64,000 nt of DNA from an uncultured bacterium (lineage in GTDB: Bacteria > Poribacteria > WGA-4E > PCPOR2b): contig CAZOAL010000014.1 in NCBI GenBank assembly GCA_964577695.1, positions 49,250-113,249 on the forward strand, in the 5' to 3' direction. Shown here in pieces: positions 41,459 to 51,467 of the stretch. Every line of letters starts with the position of its first letter. Position 1 is the first letter of the stretch. Both the position numbers and the translations under genes were made by a program. Below the pieces are notes generated by a model. It was given only the letters and a program-made list of their open reading frames with translations, ran no database searches and had not been told where the DNA came from.

Positions 41459-43096
41459 GTGAAAGGTGTTGACGCAGTTGCAAAGGTTTTGAAGATAGAA
41501 GGTGTTGAGTATCTCTTCTGCTTTCCGGCGAATAGTCTCATTGACGCCGCGGCGAAGATCGGCATCAGACCCATCATGGCTCGCACAGAGCGGACGCTGA
41601 TCAATATGGCAGACGGCTTCAGCCGCATCTCCAATGGCGAACGGTTAGGTGTCGCTGTGGTACAATCGGGTCCCGGAAGCGAGAACGCCTTTTCAGGCGT
41701 GGCACAAGCGTTCTCGGATTCCGTTCCGATCTTGCTATTACCGGGCGGGGTTTCCCGTCGGAATCAGGATAACCCACCCCATTTCGAGGCAGTCAAAAAC
41801 TACAAAGGTGTCACGAAATGGGTCGCCCAGATCAACTTCGCAGACCGCATCCCGGACATGATGCGCCGTGCGTTTAGCCTGCTCCGAATGGGGCACCCTG
41901 CGCCGGTGATGTTGGAAATTCCGACAGATGTCTGTGCCGAGGAGATTGACGACAATTTCGAGTACAAATCGCCCAAACGGACCCAATCCATTGGCAATCC
42001 ACGGGATATTGAAGCGTCGGTGAAGGCCCTACTTGCGGCAGAAAATCCGATCCTTCATGTCGGGCAGGGCGTCCTCTATGCTGGTGCAACGGAGGAGCTC
42101 ATTGAGTTTGCCGAGTTGCTGCAAACCCCTGTCATGACGACGATGCCCGGTAAAAGCGCGTTTCCTGAAAACCATCCGCTATCGCTTGGATCCAGTGGAT
42201 ACACCGGCACCGGGATGGTCAAGCATTTCCTGAAGAAAGCGGACCTCGTTTTCGGACTTGGGTGCGGTTTTTCAAAGTCGATCATGTGTACGAAAATTCC
42301 GAGTGGCCTGATCATGATTCAGAACACCATCGACGAGCTCGACATCAACAAGGATTACGCGATTGATTACGCGATTATCGGCGATTCCAAATTGGTCTTG
42401 GGGCAATTGATCGATGAAGTGAAAAACCAAATCGGAGATGAAGGCAGGCGAGATAACAACGCCGTAGCGCAAGAGATCAAAGTTGTGAAGGAGCGTTGGC
42501 TTGCAGAGTGGATGCCGAAACTCACATCGGACGAAATCCCGATCAATCCCTATCGGGTGATTTGGGACTTGATGCACGCCGTGGATCGGACGCAAACGAT
42601 TGCCACCCACGACTCCGGGAATCCGCGAGATCAGATGCTCCCCTTCTACGAAGCAATTATCCCACATGGCTATATTGGGTGGGGCAAGTCCACACAGTTG
42701 GGATATGGACTAGGGTTGACGATGGGTGCGAAACTGGCTGCGCCGGAGAAGTTGACGGTCAACGTTATGGGCGATGCCGCCTTCGGTATGGCGGGGATGG
42801 ATTTTGAAACAGCCGCCCGGGAACGCATCCCCATCCTGACGATTATTCTCAACAACTCCGCGCTCGGTGGCTATGAGCACCACATGCCGGTGGCAACAGA
42901 ACGCTACAGGACAAAGTTCCTCTCAGGGAACTACGCGAAGGTTGCAGAGGGCTTGGGTGGCTACAGCGAGCGGATTGAGAGCCCCACAGATATTATCCCC
43001 GGCATCCACCGCGCCCAGAAAGCAATTGCATCCGGCAAGCCCGCACTCCTCGAAATTATTACACGGGAGGAGGGCGCGTTCTCAAGGGGATACTAA
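41459..43096 (+). CDS. Thiamine-pyrophosphate-dependent enzyme (acetolactate synthase / sulfoacetaldehyde acetyltransferase-like)
   Basis: The GTG at 41459 follows AAGGAG. VKGVDAVAKVLKIEGVEYLFCFP at the N-terminus and the TPP motif GDAAFGMAGMDFETAARERIPILTIILNN. Confidence 0.85.
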   Translation: MKGVDAVAKVLKIEGVEYLFCFPANSLIDAAAKIGIRPIMARTERTLINMADGFSRISNGERLGVAVVQSGPGSENAFSGVAQAFSDSVPILLLPGGVSRRNQDNPPHFEAVKNYKGVTKWVAQINFADRIPDMMRRAFSLLRMGHPAPVMLEIPTDVCAEEIDDNFEYKSPKRTQSIGNPRDIEASVKALLAAENPILHVGQGVLYAGATEELIEFAELLQTPVMTTMPGKSAFPENHPLSLGSSGYTGTGMVKHFLKKADLVFGLGCGFSKSIMCTKIPSGLIMIQNTIDELDINKDYAIDYAIIGDSKLVLGQLIDEVKNQIGDEGRRDNNAVAQEIKVVKERWLAEWMPKLTSDEIPINPYRVIWDLMHAVDRTQTIATHDSGNPRDQMLPFYEAIIPHGYIGWGKSTQLGYGLGLTMGAKLAAPEKLTVNVMGDAAFGMAGMDFETAARERIPILTIILNNSALGGYEHHMPVATERYRTKFLSGNYAKVAEGLGGYSERIESPTDIIPGIHRAQKAIASGKPALLEIITREEGAFSRGY

Positions 43097-43140
43097 AAGA
43101 GGCATGTTTCAAATTCCTGAAAAAATGAGTTGACACTTGA

Positions 43141-43206
43141 CGTAATGCGTAAAACGTAAAACGTAAAGCGGGCTGAATGACGTTTTACGGGTTACGTTTT
43201 ACGGGT
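43141..43206. repeat. Inverted heptamer block (CGTAAAA)n / (TTTTACG)n
   Basis: cgtaatgcgtaaaacgtaaaacgtaaagcgggctgaatgacgttttacgggttacgttttacggg. Confidence 0.9.
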
Positions 43207-43283
43207 TCCGCCGGATTGAGTTTACCGAAATCTCGAAATGTACACAATTTTCTGAAACATGCCCGATAACGGAGGAAACTCTC

Positions 43284-43508
43284 ATGTCAAAATTGCGAGT
43301 CGCTGTCCTCGGCTGCGGTGGACGTGGCCGGGGACATATTGGGATTCTCAAAGGGTTTGAGGATGTAGAACTGGTTGCCGTCTGCGATGGACAACGCCAC
43401 GAACTGAGCGGCGCGGGCACCAGCGGCACGCGGGAACAGATCGGGTATCAAGACTTCCGAAGTTTTGGAAACTTCGGAAGTCTGACCCTACACGGACTTA
43501 TGAAGTGA
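43284..43508 (+). pseudogene. N-terminal fragment of a Gfo/Idh/MocA oxidoreductase
   Basis: MSKLRVAVLGCGGRGRGHIGILKGFEDVELVAVCD is a Rossmann start. The ORF then runs into the hairpin element at 43451-43483 and stops after 74 aa. Confidence 0.55.
43451..43483. repeat. AGACTTCCGAAGT-family double hairpin
   Basis: agacttccgaagttttggaaacttcggaagtct. Confidence 0.85.
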
Positions 43509-43568
43509 ACCACTTAGTTAAACCGAATGACAGTTCTTTTGGGTGAGTGCCACTCGGGGGTCGATTTC

Positions 43569-46178
43569 TTAAATTCGGCTACGGACAACCCCAGATTGAT
43601 TCACCGAATCAACAACCGCTATGGTAAAATAGGGGGCTGGATGGGAGGCGTGATAGAGCCCCGGATAGAGCAGCGGCTGTCCCTTTCCATCCATCCCTGC
43701 GAAGTAAACCATCAAATCCCATTCAGGAACAATGTACGCTCCCGGAATGACTCCCCGATACCCTCGTTCTGTCTTTCCCATGGGGGACACCCTGAAGGGG
43801 CCTTCGAGCTGGTTCGTGTGGCGGTAATGAAGGTTGAAGGGCTTTGAAAGGGGGGGCAACTCACCGATAACCACATCGATCACGAGGTCTTCACCCGCCG
43901 TGCAAACTGTGGGAACGTTTGTCTCAAAAGAAGGTAGGTTCACATCGGATGGCATGGATTCCTGGCCTCGGTCCTCCCCTTCTGCTTTCGTTGCGCTCTG
44001 TCCCGCTGCCTCCACCAGTTCCAGCATCCTGTGAACATCCTTCTCCAGCTCCGGCTGGTGCTCTTTCCAGTTGCCAGTCCGGGCGTAGCCGGCACCAGCG
44101 CTGAAATTGAGGTCATCATGGAAATAGGTCTCTCCCCGGGACGCCAAAGTCGCCCAAAACTCCAGCGCCTTTTGGGCGGAGGTATGCGCTTCGCGGAGAT
44201 GCGCTGAATCATGGGTCAGATGAAAAAATTCCAGTTCGATGGCTGCCAGAATCTTCCACCGATGATAGTCCGCCAGGTCAGCCAGCATGAGAAAATCAAT
44301 CCGGCTCGCCTCGTACTCTCTGTTCTCTTTGAGCGAATCCACGCAGTCGGCTTTTTCCAATGCCTCGCGGACATCCGAAGAAAACAGGCGGAGCCAATCC
44401 CTGACCTGTAGGGGGGTATATTTCCCCTGGAGCCGGTTTGCAATCACGTCCCGCACATATTCATTGATGCGATAGAAAAGCCCCGGGTCGCTAGGTTCCG
44501 TGTTGATGTACGTGATGTTCCCTCGCTGTTTATGATGATTGTTCTCGGCAAAGAGCGGTCCCCCAGTATCCAGCTCGGTCCAGTAACAGAGCAACGGATG
44601 AACCGGCATGTGGAAGGCAGTGACCAGCGGAAGGATTTTGCTGGCGGAGCGATACGCACGCTCCAACAGCGGCGCTGCCTCCCGACCGAAGCGGGAGCGG
44701 AACGCTCTCCCCCAAACGTCCGGATGGGTAACGCCGGAGTAGCCGATTCGACCAAACAGCAGATACCAGAGCCAGTATCGCTCATCCTCTCGCGCATAGT
44801 GGCGAAGATCTGGTTTTTTATGGAGGCACCAGGGGGCACGCTGGGTCAATTCATGTCCCCCCTTGAGACTCAGTGGGGCTGCAATCTCATACCCCACCGC
44901 GTCTCCGAGCCGGCAGCTCTGAGAAAACCGCCGGACATAATCGGGGTCGCCCCACAGAAATATACAGCTTGAGCCCATATTCCAGAGACGGAAAAGCATA
45001 GAATAGGCGTGCGGTTTTCGGAGCAGGTCTGAATAGCTATACCGTCGGCTGTGATTCAGGTTGTCGAGTTGCCTCAGTTCTTCTTCCCGCATCTGGGTCA
45101 GGTGGTAAGGCAGCCCCGCATGTTCACACCAGTATTTTGTCGGGACGGTCACATCCAGCCCGGCTTCCAGGGCGAATTGAATCATCCCATCAGTGAGCCC
45201 CTTCGCACGCAGGTCCAGCTTCAACTTCCTTCCGGCCTCCGCGACCGCGCGGATACATTCCTTCCAGAATGCCTCATTGGTATTCCGGTCCCCAATTCCC
45301 GCCTCATGGTTCACCCGGAAGTGAATCCCATCAATCTCCTGACACTGAGACAGCAAGGCTTTCAGCCCCGCCGCACAGTAATGGGCGAGATGACCTTCCC
45401 CCTCTGGAAGCCCCTCAACGAGCATCTGTTGCTGCTTGGTCCATGGCGTCTGTTGCCAGGTGCCGAGGATAAATTCAAGCCCGTATGCCCGACACATCTG
45501 CCCGATTCGGCTCAAGCGACTGAGGTTCTCTTTCCGCCTGCTATCATCAACGCCTTCGGCTCGAACCTGGGGATAGCCCGGCACCTCGACAAAGAACGGG
45601 TATGGTGGGGAGAAATATGCCGTATCAAACCCCATAACGAGGACGAACCGGTTAAAGCGGCAACTGGCGATACGCCTCAGATAATAGTGCCAAAAATCCT
45701 CAGAATGGAACCATTCATCATCAAGATGCCCCATAATGAAACGGTCCACGCCTCTGATGCCGGTGTCCGGAAACTCCATGAGGTTCTCTATGTCCTCAAG
45801 CGCTCGGCGTCCATCCGCATTCAGGCGCTCTGCCAACTCAAGCAGTGCATACATCAGCCCGCGCCCATCCGTCCCCGCGACCACCAGCGCGCTTCCATTT
45901 CCTGTGGAACACCACTGGTAGATAACGCCCTCCGGTCGCATCTCAACCTCAATCCGGTTCAACTGAAGGAGACGTTGAACCCGTCCATCAGTGATTTCGC
46001 CGACCACCAGGACGGTCTCTCCTTCCGACTGGGTCCAGTGGTTAATCTGCCGGATAGCCATCTTTTGAGTCTCAAAAGCGGACAGCCACTCTTGTTTCGC
46101 CCACGCCGCAGGTCCTCCATCTGGACAGCGATCAATAACCCATATCTGTTCTCCAAACCGAGATTTCTTCTGCATCAC
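43569..46178 (-). CDS. Large hypothetical protein, possibly a glycoside-hydrolase-like enzyme
   Basis: 869-aa uninterrupted ORF. An N-terminal GTDGRGLMYALLELAERL-type segment followed by a TIM-barrel-like region recalls GH20/67/115-type architectures. The assignment is weak. Confidence 0.45.
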   Translation of the reverse strand: MMQKKSRFGEQIWVIDRCPDGGPAAWAKQEWLSAFETQKMAIRQINHWTQSEGETVLVVGEITDGRVQRLLQLNRIEVEMRPEGVIYQWCSTGNGSALVVAGTDGRGLMYALLELAERLNADGRRALEDIENLMEFPDTGIRGVDRFIMGHLDDEWFHSEDFWHYYLRRIASCRFNRFVLVMGFDTAYFSPPYPFFVEVPGYPQVRAEGVDDSRRKENLSRLSRIGQMCRAYGLEFILGTWQQTPWTKQQQMLVEGLPEGEGHLAHYCAAGLKALLSQCQEIDGIHFRVNHEAGIGDRNTNEAFWKECIRAVAEAGRKLKLDLRAKGLTDGMIQFALEAGLDVTVPTKYWCEHAGLPYHLTQMREEELRQLDNLNHSRRYSYSDLLRKPHAYSMLFRLWNMGSSCIFLWGDPDYVRRFSQSCRLGDAVGYEIAAPLSLKGGHELTQRAPWCLHKKPDLRHYAREDERYWLWYLLFGRIGYSGVTHPDVWGRAFRSRFGREAAPLLERAYRSASKILPLVTAFHMPVHPLLCYWTELDTGGPLFAENNHHKQRGNITYINTEPSDPGLFYRINEYVRDVIANRLQGKYTPLQVRDWLRLFSSDVREALEKADCVDSLKENREYEASRIDFLMLADLADYHRWKILAAIELEFFHLTHDSAHLREAHTSAQKALEFWATLASRGETYFHDDLNFSAGAGYARTGNWKEHQPELEKDVHRMLELVEAAGQSATKAEGEDRGQESMPSDVNLPSFETNVPTVCTAGEDLVIDVVIGELPPLSKPFNLHYRHTNQLEGPFRVSPMGKTERGYRGVIPGAYIVPEWDLMVYFAGMDGKGQPLLYPGLYHASHPAPYFTIAVVDSVNQSGVVRSRI

Positions 46179-46216
46179 AAAAGCCCCCTTCGACTTATGC
46201 TTCTTTGCTCTTATCT

Positions 46217-46358
46217 CGCCAATGTCACATTTAAACTGAGATCCACTTGTAGAGCATGCGGCTCGCTTGTTCCAAACGCCGGTGAACCAGCCAGTCCGAT
46301 TCTCGGACGAGCACGGCAGGCTCTACGAGGCGATCTTTCCCCCAATGTGACATTGGCG
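46217..46358. mobile_element. MITE family A, copy 2
   Basis: Ends cgccaatgtcacatt and aatgtgacattggcg. Flanked by TTAT. Confidence 0.7.
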
Positions 46359-46370
46359 AATTATGCTTGA

Positions 46371-47450
46371 TTACAAATTTATAGGATACCTTCCAAACGC
46401 TTGACAAGCCGCATAAAATGCCAGAATATTTTCAAGCGGGGTGGCGGGTACGATCTCGCTGGATGAGCCAATGAAGAACCCACCCGCCGGCGCGGCAACC
46501 CGCATGGCTTCTTTGACAGCCTTCCGAATCCCATCCGGCGTCCCCAATGGCAAAAGTTGAGAACAGTCGATGCCACCGACCAGGATGAGACGTTTCCCGT
46601 AACGCCGCCTGAGCACGCCAAGCTCCATCCCCGCCAGAGGCTCAATCGGATTCAGCCCGTCAATGCCGATGTCCAGCAGGTCGTCCATAATTTCCATCAG
46701 ATTCCCGTCGCTGTGATAGATGACTTTGACGCCCGCGTCCTTGAGGGGAACGATCATCCGCTTGAGCATCGGGATGAAGGTTTCCCGCAGAAACTGTGGC
46801 GAAAACATCAGCTTGTCCTTGTAAGCAATGTCATCTCCGATGAAAAACAGCGGGGCAAGTTGCGCTTGGGCAGCAACGGTGGCAATCCGCACGGCTGTCT
46901 CAGAGAGCCCCTCCATGATGCGACCTATCTCCCGACGGGCATCGTAGATTGCGTAGCAGAAGAATTCCTGTCCCATGAGCCCGTAGGTCGCGTGAAATCC
47001 ACAGCCGTGCCCGGGGACATAGAACGTGTGAGGCGCAAATCGAGTCTGTTGATGGTGAATACTCGGCACCCAATGCGTCCGAATCCACTCAAAGCTAACC
47101 GGTTCAGGGCAGTAGGCTTTCAGTTCCGCAATGCTTTTGATCTCGTAATGCACTTTCCATGATGTGCGCCCTGAGATCTTATTAGAGCCGCTTTCTACCC
47201 CTTCTTGCTCTTCTGCAAAGGAGCTACCGTACCCTCGGCACAGATCGATTCCCAAACTGTGATAGACACGTATCATCGTCGTATGATAATCGTCCCCTTC
47301 GCGGGCAAAGTGATCAACGACTGCGCGGTTATCTAGGTAATCCCAGATCGGGACTCGGTCGCCTTCTTCAAAATTCATGGAGGCACGGATGCGTTCCCAT
47401 ACGGCAGATTCTAATTCTGCACCATATCCCTTCGTTGGACGTTGTGTCAT
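46371..47450 (-). CDS. Uroporphyrinogen-decarboxylase (URO-D) family protein
   Basis: ...FFIGDDIAYKDKLMFSP...VIYHSDGNLMEIMDDLLDIGIDGLNPIEP... The ATG at 47450 follows AGGAGA. The listed extension to 47519 is translated repeat. Confidence 0.7.
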   Translation of the reverse strand: MTQRPTKGYGAELESAVWERIRASMNFEEGDRVPIWDYLDNRAVVDHFAREGDDYHTTMIRVYHSLGIDLCRGYGSSFAEEQEGVESGSNKISGRTSWKVHYEIKSIAELKAYCPEPVSFEWIRTHWVPSIHHQQTRFAPHTFYVPGHGCGFHATYGLMGQEFFCYAIYDARREIGRIMEGLSETAVRIATVAAQAQLAPLFFIGDDIAYKDKLMFSPQFLRETFIPMLKRMIVPLKDAGVKVIYHSDGNLMEIMDDLLDIGIDGLNPIEPLAGMELGVLRRRYGKRLILVGGIDCSQLLPLGTPDGIRKAVKEAMRVAAPAGGFFIGSSSEIVPATPLENILAFYAACQAFGRYPINL

Positions 47451-47470
47451 TGGTTTTTCTCCTATGTCTA

Positions 47471-47580
47471 AACGTGATGCGTGAAACGTGATGCGTGAAG
47501 CGTGAAACGTGATTAACACCTAACACCTAATACCTACCATCCTTCCATCCTTCCACTTCTTCCCTCCTTCCTTTCCTTCC
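47471..47580. repeat. Heptamer/octamer block (GTGATGC/GTGAAAC, AACACCT, CCTTCCAT)
   Basis: aacgtgatgcgtgaaacgtgatgcgtgaagcgtgaaacgtgattaacacctaacacctaatacctaccatccttccatccttcc.... Confidence 0.9.
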
Positions 47581-47776
47581 ATTGAGTCCTTCGCCCCACC
47601 ATCTGGCACGTACCAGGGGAATGCGGACAGGAAACTTCCGTTCGACAGCCTTAATCACCTCCGCGCGTGGGAGAGGCTGCCATAGTTCTGTTGTCATACG
47701 GTTATAGGGTAGACTCAAAAGCAACAAGAGAAAATCGCCTTGAGTCCACCTCCTCCTTTCGTTGTGTAATTAACTT

Positions 47777-47915
47777 GCCAATGTCACATTCAAATCGGGA
47801 TGCTTTTGTAGAACATGCGGCTCGCTGGTTCCAACTCCCCATCGAACGAGCGAGCCGTGCTCGTCCGAGAATCGGACACGTTCTACGGGGCCGTCCCCCG
47901 AATGTGACATTGGCG
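47777..47915. mobile_element. MITE family A, copy 3
   Basis: Ends gccaatgtcacatt and aatgtgacattggcg. Flanked by ATTAA. The core resembles copy 2, except that a 24-bp segment is inverted. Confidence 0.7.
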
Positions 47916-47978
47916 AATTAAAATAATCACTCACCACTCTACCACTCACTTGTCGAACCGGGTATCCAATTTTTAATT

Positions 47979-48977
47979 CTAAAGCCACCTGTTTTCCCGA
48001 TACCACTTCGCTGTTTCTTGAATTCCCTTTTCGAGCGTGTATGTTGGACGATAGCCGAACTGCTCTTGAGCCTTCGTACTATCACACATCCAGAACCGCT
48101 GCTTGAGCTCCAGCATTTTTTGGCGATTTAAGGTAGGTGTGCGGTGAGTTACCTTTGCTGATGCTTCTGTAAAAATCGAAATAAAATCCAAAAGAAAAAG
48201 TGGCACCTTCAGTTTGAGGGGATGCTTTTCCAACGAACGAGCGATTGACTGCGCGATTTCTCTCCATGAGTGAACAGCCCCATCCGTCAGGAAATAGGCT
48301 TCGCCGATAGCGCGCGGGGAAACCGCAGCAGCGTGAATGCCCGCCACGAGATCTTTGGCATGTACCAGACTCAGTAGCCGATTCTCATCACCGAGGATTG
48401 GCATCAGCCCTTTGTTGACCAACTGGAAATAGAGAAAGATAGCCCGGTCTCTCGGTCCGTAGACAGCCGGAGGGCGAATGATCGTTATCGGTAGGCGCTC
48501 CGCAGACTCGCGCGTGATTTGCTCGCCTTTAAGCTTGCTCCTGCCGTAGTCCGTCAACGGATGTGGGACAGCGTTTTCAGTGATCGGCGTGGGGGTGGGG
48601 CTCGGGCCAATCGCGGCAAGGCTACTGCAATAAACAAATCGACTCAAGCGAGCATTCGCGCGTAGACATGCCTCAATCAGGCGCTTTGTTCCAAGCGCAT
48701 TGACCCAATCATAAGTTGCCGCGTCAGGCGCTGTGGTCACACCGGCGAGATGAAAAACCAAATCGGCGTCTTGGAGAGATTGGGCCAGGGCATCTGAATC
48801 GTGCATATCCCCGGTCACCAGTTGAATGGGTGAGGATTTGTCAGCGCACAGGTGATTGAGCCACCGTAAGTGGCTTGTTTTTCGTACAAGGCAGGTCACT
48901 TGATAGCCTTGAGCCACAAGTAATTCAACAAGGTGACTGCCGATAAAACCTGTGCCACCGGTCACATAAGCTTTCAT
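47979..48977 (-). CDS. NAD-dependent epimerase/dehydratase (extended SDR)
   Basis: MKAYVTGGTGFIGSHLV, plus YCSS and YGRSK (YxxxK). Confidence 0.85.
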   Translation of the reverse strand: MKAYVTGGTGFIGSHLVELLVAQGYQVTCLVRKTSHLRWLNHLCADKSSPIQLVTGDMHDSDALAQSLQDADLVFHLAGVTTAPDAATYDWVNALGTKRLIEACLRANARLSRFVYCSSLAAIGPSPTPTPITENAVPHPLTDYGRSKLKGEQITRESAERLPITIIRPPAVYGPRDRAIFLYFQLVNKGLMPILGDENRLLSLVHAKDLVAGIHAAAVSPRAIGEAYFLTDGAVHSWREIAQSIARSLEKHPLKLKVPLFLLDFISIFTEASAKVTHRTPTLNRQKMLELKQRFWMCDSTKAQEQFGYRPTYTLEKGIQETAKWYRENRWL

Positions 48978-49030
48978 AGAGCAATGATGTGATGTGTATC
49001 GCGTAATATGTGAAATGTGAAAGGAAGGAA

Positions 49031-49063
49031 AGAAACCGAGTTTCTCCAAGAAACTCGGTTTCT
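49031..49063. repeat. GAAACCGAGTTT-family hairpin
   Basis: agaaaccgagtttct ccaag aaactcggtttct. Confidence 0.85.
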
Positions 49064-49085
49064 TGGGTTCTCCTGTCTCCATGTC

Positions 49086-50126
49086 CTAATTGTCACCCTT
49101 GAGATCTTGTGCCAATTGCGACACCAGGACGAGTCCTCCGAGTCCAACGCCACAATAGGTTGTGAAGAAGCGCGTCAACAAGGCATATAGCCCAATCGCT
49201 ACTGGAGCGAGCAGGTTCCGCATCAGAACGATAGATAAAAATTCTGCGATTCCACTCGCCCCCGGACTCGGCGCAAATAACGTCGCGAAGTTCAGGATGA
49301 CCTGGGCGGCAACCACATGCCAAAACAGAGCGTGCCCACCCAACGCGCGTACAACGACATACCCACCGACAAATCGACTCATATAGATACCACCCGTCAA
49401 CACAAAACTCAAGACACAAACCATCTTGTGGTCTGTGATGAACATACGGGTGAACGCTTTGTGCCCCAGGATGAGTTTCTCGAGGGTATGGAGCAGGCGA
49501 TCTAAGCCTTTTGCTATAGGGCGGAACCTCCGCCCTCTGGGAAGTCGAATACGATTCAAGAAGATTAAAAGCACGTCCGGCTTGATCGCTAACAGGAGAA
49601 AAAAGAGTAATACGAGGAGAAACATTAACAGGCTGTATTGGCTGACAAACGTGATGCCTTTGGGCAGGGAATCGGGAGCGCGCCAGACGACATACCCTGT
49701 CGAAAGAATCAGAAATGTCAACGTGCCAATGAAGGAGATGATGCCTGAAGTCACACCTCCCGACACGGGCACTCCGACCCGGTTGAAAATATAGATATGT
49801 CCAACACCGCCCGTTTGAAATGGCGTAATGCCTCCGACACAGAGAGTCGCCAAATTTGCACGAATGCTGTCAAGGTATGTGACTTGGGGTGACATCTTTC
49901 GAGCAAAGACATGGAAGCGCCCAGCGCCACATAGCCAATCGGCAATCATGCAAAGCGTTGCGAGAAGTAAGAGTTTCCCATTTATCGAATATAAGACACG
50001 ACCTATATTCTCCGTACCACTCCATAAAAAGCTAACCGATAATCCAAGAATCGTACAGAGAACAAAAAACAGATAACCACGAATCAGATTTTTCCGATTC
50101 AGTGACTGACTAAAGAATTCTTGCAT
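49086..50126 (-). CDS. UPF0104 / flippase-like membrane protein (second copy)
   Basis: About 8 transmembrane segments with the GGITPFQTGGVGHIY motif region. The stop lies 4 nt upstream of the longest epimerase ORF. Confidence 0.6.
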   Translation of the reverse strand: MQEFFSQSLNRKNLIRGYLFFVLCTILGLSVSFLWSGTENIGRVLYSINGKLLLLATLCMIADWLCGAGRFHVFARKMSPQVTYLDSIRANLATLCVGGITPFQTGGVGHIYIFNRVGVPVSGGVTSGIISFIGTLTFLILSTGYVVWRAPDSLPKGITFVSQYSLLMFLLVLLFFLLLAIKPDVLLIFLNRIRLPRGRRFRPIAKGLDRLLHTLEKLILGHKAFTRMFITDHKMVCVLSFVLTGGIYMSRFVGGYVVVRALGGHALFWHVVAAQVILNFATLFAPSPGASGIAEFLSIVLMRNLLAPVAIGLYALLTRFFTTYCGVGLGGLVLVSQLAQDLKGDN

Positions 50127-50207
50127 GAGATGTTTATGGAACTGACCTTTCGTATAATTTTCAGTGTATCTTTTCTATTTTCCTGAAACCCAGATGGGCT
50201 TGGGAGC

Positions 50208-50280
50208 GATGCAGGATTCAAGATACAGGATTCAGAGATTCGCTGGCATCTTGCATCTTGTATCTTGCATCTTGTATCTG
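50208..50280. repeat. Inverted heptamer block (GATGCAG/GATTCAA...ATCTTGC/ATCTTGT)
   Basis: gatgcaggattcaagatacaggattcagagattcgctggcatcttgcatcttgtatcttgcatcttgtatct. Confidence 0.9.
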
Positions 50281-50298
50281 GTCTCTTGGATTAAAGTG

Positions 50299-51150
50299 TC
50301 AGCTATTTTCTGAAACATGCCCCAAATCCAAGCTAATATCCAACGGCATCGCTGAATGCGTCAACGCCCCGACGGAGATCAGCTCCACCCCTGTCGCCGC
50401 AACGGCTTCCACGTTTTCCAATGTAACCCCCCCCGATGCTTCAGTGACGGCTTCCCTCGCAATCTTTTCGACAGCGGCTCTCATGAGCGCAACGGACATG
50501 TTGTCAAGCAGTAGAATGTCAGCGCCGGCACGCAAGGCTTCCTTGACCTGATCGAGCGTCTCCACTTCGATTTCAATTTTCATGGTGTGGGGGACAGCCG
50601 CTCTTGCCATCTCTACGGCTTGCGCAATCCCTCCGGCGGCGATGATGTGGTTATCCTTGATCAGGACGCCATCGTAAAGCCCAAAGCGGTGATTATATCC
50701 TCCCCCGACGCGGACGGCATATTTTTGGATTGCCCGCCAACCGGCGGTGGTTTTGCGCGTGTCGATAATCTTGACGTTGTATTTAGCCGTAGCAGCGACA
50801 AACTGCGCAGTCAGCGTTGCCGTTCCCGACAGGCGTTGGAGGAAGTTGAGGGCGGTGCGCTCCCCCGTAAGGATGGATGCCGCGTTCCCTGTCACTGTCG
50901 CGATCTGGGTCATGGCCTCAACGCGCTCCCCATCGGCGACAAGCGTCCGAAAATCGAGCGTTGGGTCGATCTTTTCAAAAACCCGTTGAGCGATCGGTAA
51001 TCCGGCAATCACCCCCCCTGTCTTAGCGATGATGGTGCCCATCCCCCGCCGCGAGGGTGAAACGGTGGATTCGGTCGTTATATCGCCGATGCCGATGTCT
51101 TCTGCAAGGGCGAGTTCTATGAGTGGGTCTATCGAACGAAAATTTAACAT
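50299..51150 (-). CDS. nadC: Nicotinate-nucleotide pyrophosphorylase (quinolinate phosphoribosyltransferase)
   Basis: LAEDIGIGDITT, ERTALNFLQRLSGTAT, DTRKTTAGWR, KDNHI, LLDNM. Confidence 0.9.
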   Translation of the reverse strand: MLNFRSIDPLIELALAEDIGIGDITTESTVSPSRRGMGTIIAKTGGVIAGLPIAQRVFEKIDPTLDFRTLVADGERVEAMTQIATVTGNAASILTGERTALNFLQRLSGTATLTAQFVAATAKYNVKIIDTRKTTAGWRAIQKYAVRVGGGYNHRFGLYDGVLIKDNHIIAAGGIAQAVEMARAAVPHTMKIEIEVETLDQVKEALRAGADILLLDNMSVALMRAAVEKIAREAVTEASGGVTLENVEAVAATGVELISVGALTHSAMPLDISLDLGHVSENS

Positions 51151-51152
51151 TT

Positions 51153-51193
51153 GAGGTGTCAGGTGTTAGGTGTTAGGTGTTGGGTGTTAGGTA
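51153..51193. repeat. Tandem heptamer (GGTGTTA/GGTGTTG) about x5
   Basis: gaggtgtcaggtgttaggtgttaggtgttgggtgttaggta. Confidence 0.9.
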
Positions 51194-51448
51194 TTATAAC
51201 TCCTTTTGGGGGCGTATCCATTCCGAAGGTTGGGGCTTGACCAGCCGCATCCCTTCAGGGGGTTGGACTTCAATGACGTGATTGCCCGTCATAAATTGAG
51301 GCGGTTCTGAACGGGTTAGCTCCAGGGGTTCGGGCACAACAAACTCGGGTGGCATAGGCTTCATTGTCCCCTTGAGTTTCTTAGATAAGTCATGGGTTGT
51401 TAATTTCGTGTTCATTGCTCTCATCACCTTCCAGTTTAGGTTGTTCAA
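51194..51448 (-). CDS. Hypothetical small protein
   Basis: 84-aa ORF. No family. Confidence 0.3.
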   Translation of the reverse strand: MNNLNWKVMRAMNTKLTTHDLSKKLKGTMKPMPPEFVVPEPLELTRSEPPQFMTGNHVIEVQPPEGMRLVKPQPSEWIRPQKEL

Positions 51449-51467
51449 AGAGTTTGACCTTGGTCAA

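Noticed and set aside
45051-46370. 439-aa plus-strand ORF
   Set aside because: It is antisense to the uninterrupted 869-aa gene (43569..46178) and runs through a MITE. The sequence is low-complexity and Pro/Arg-rich.
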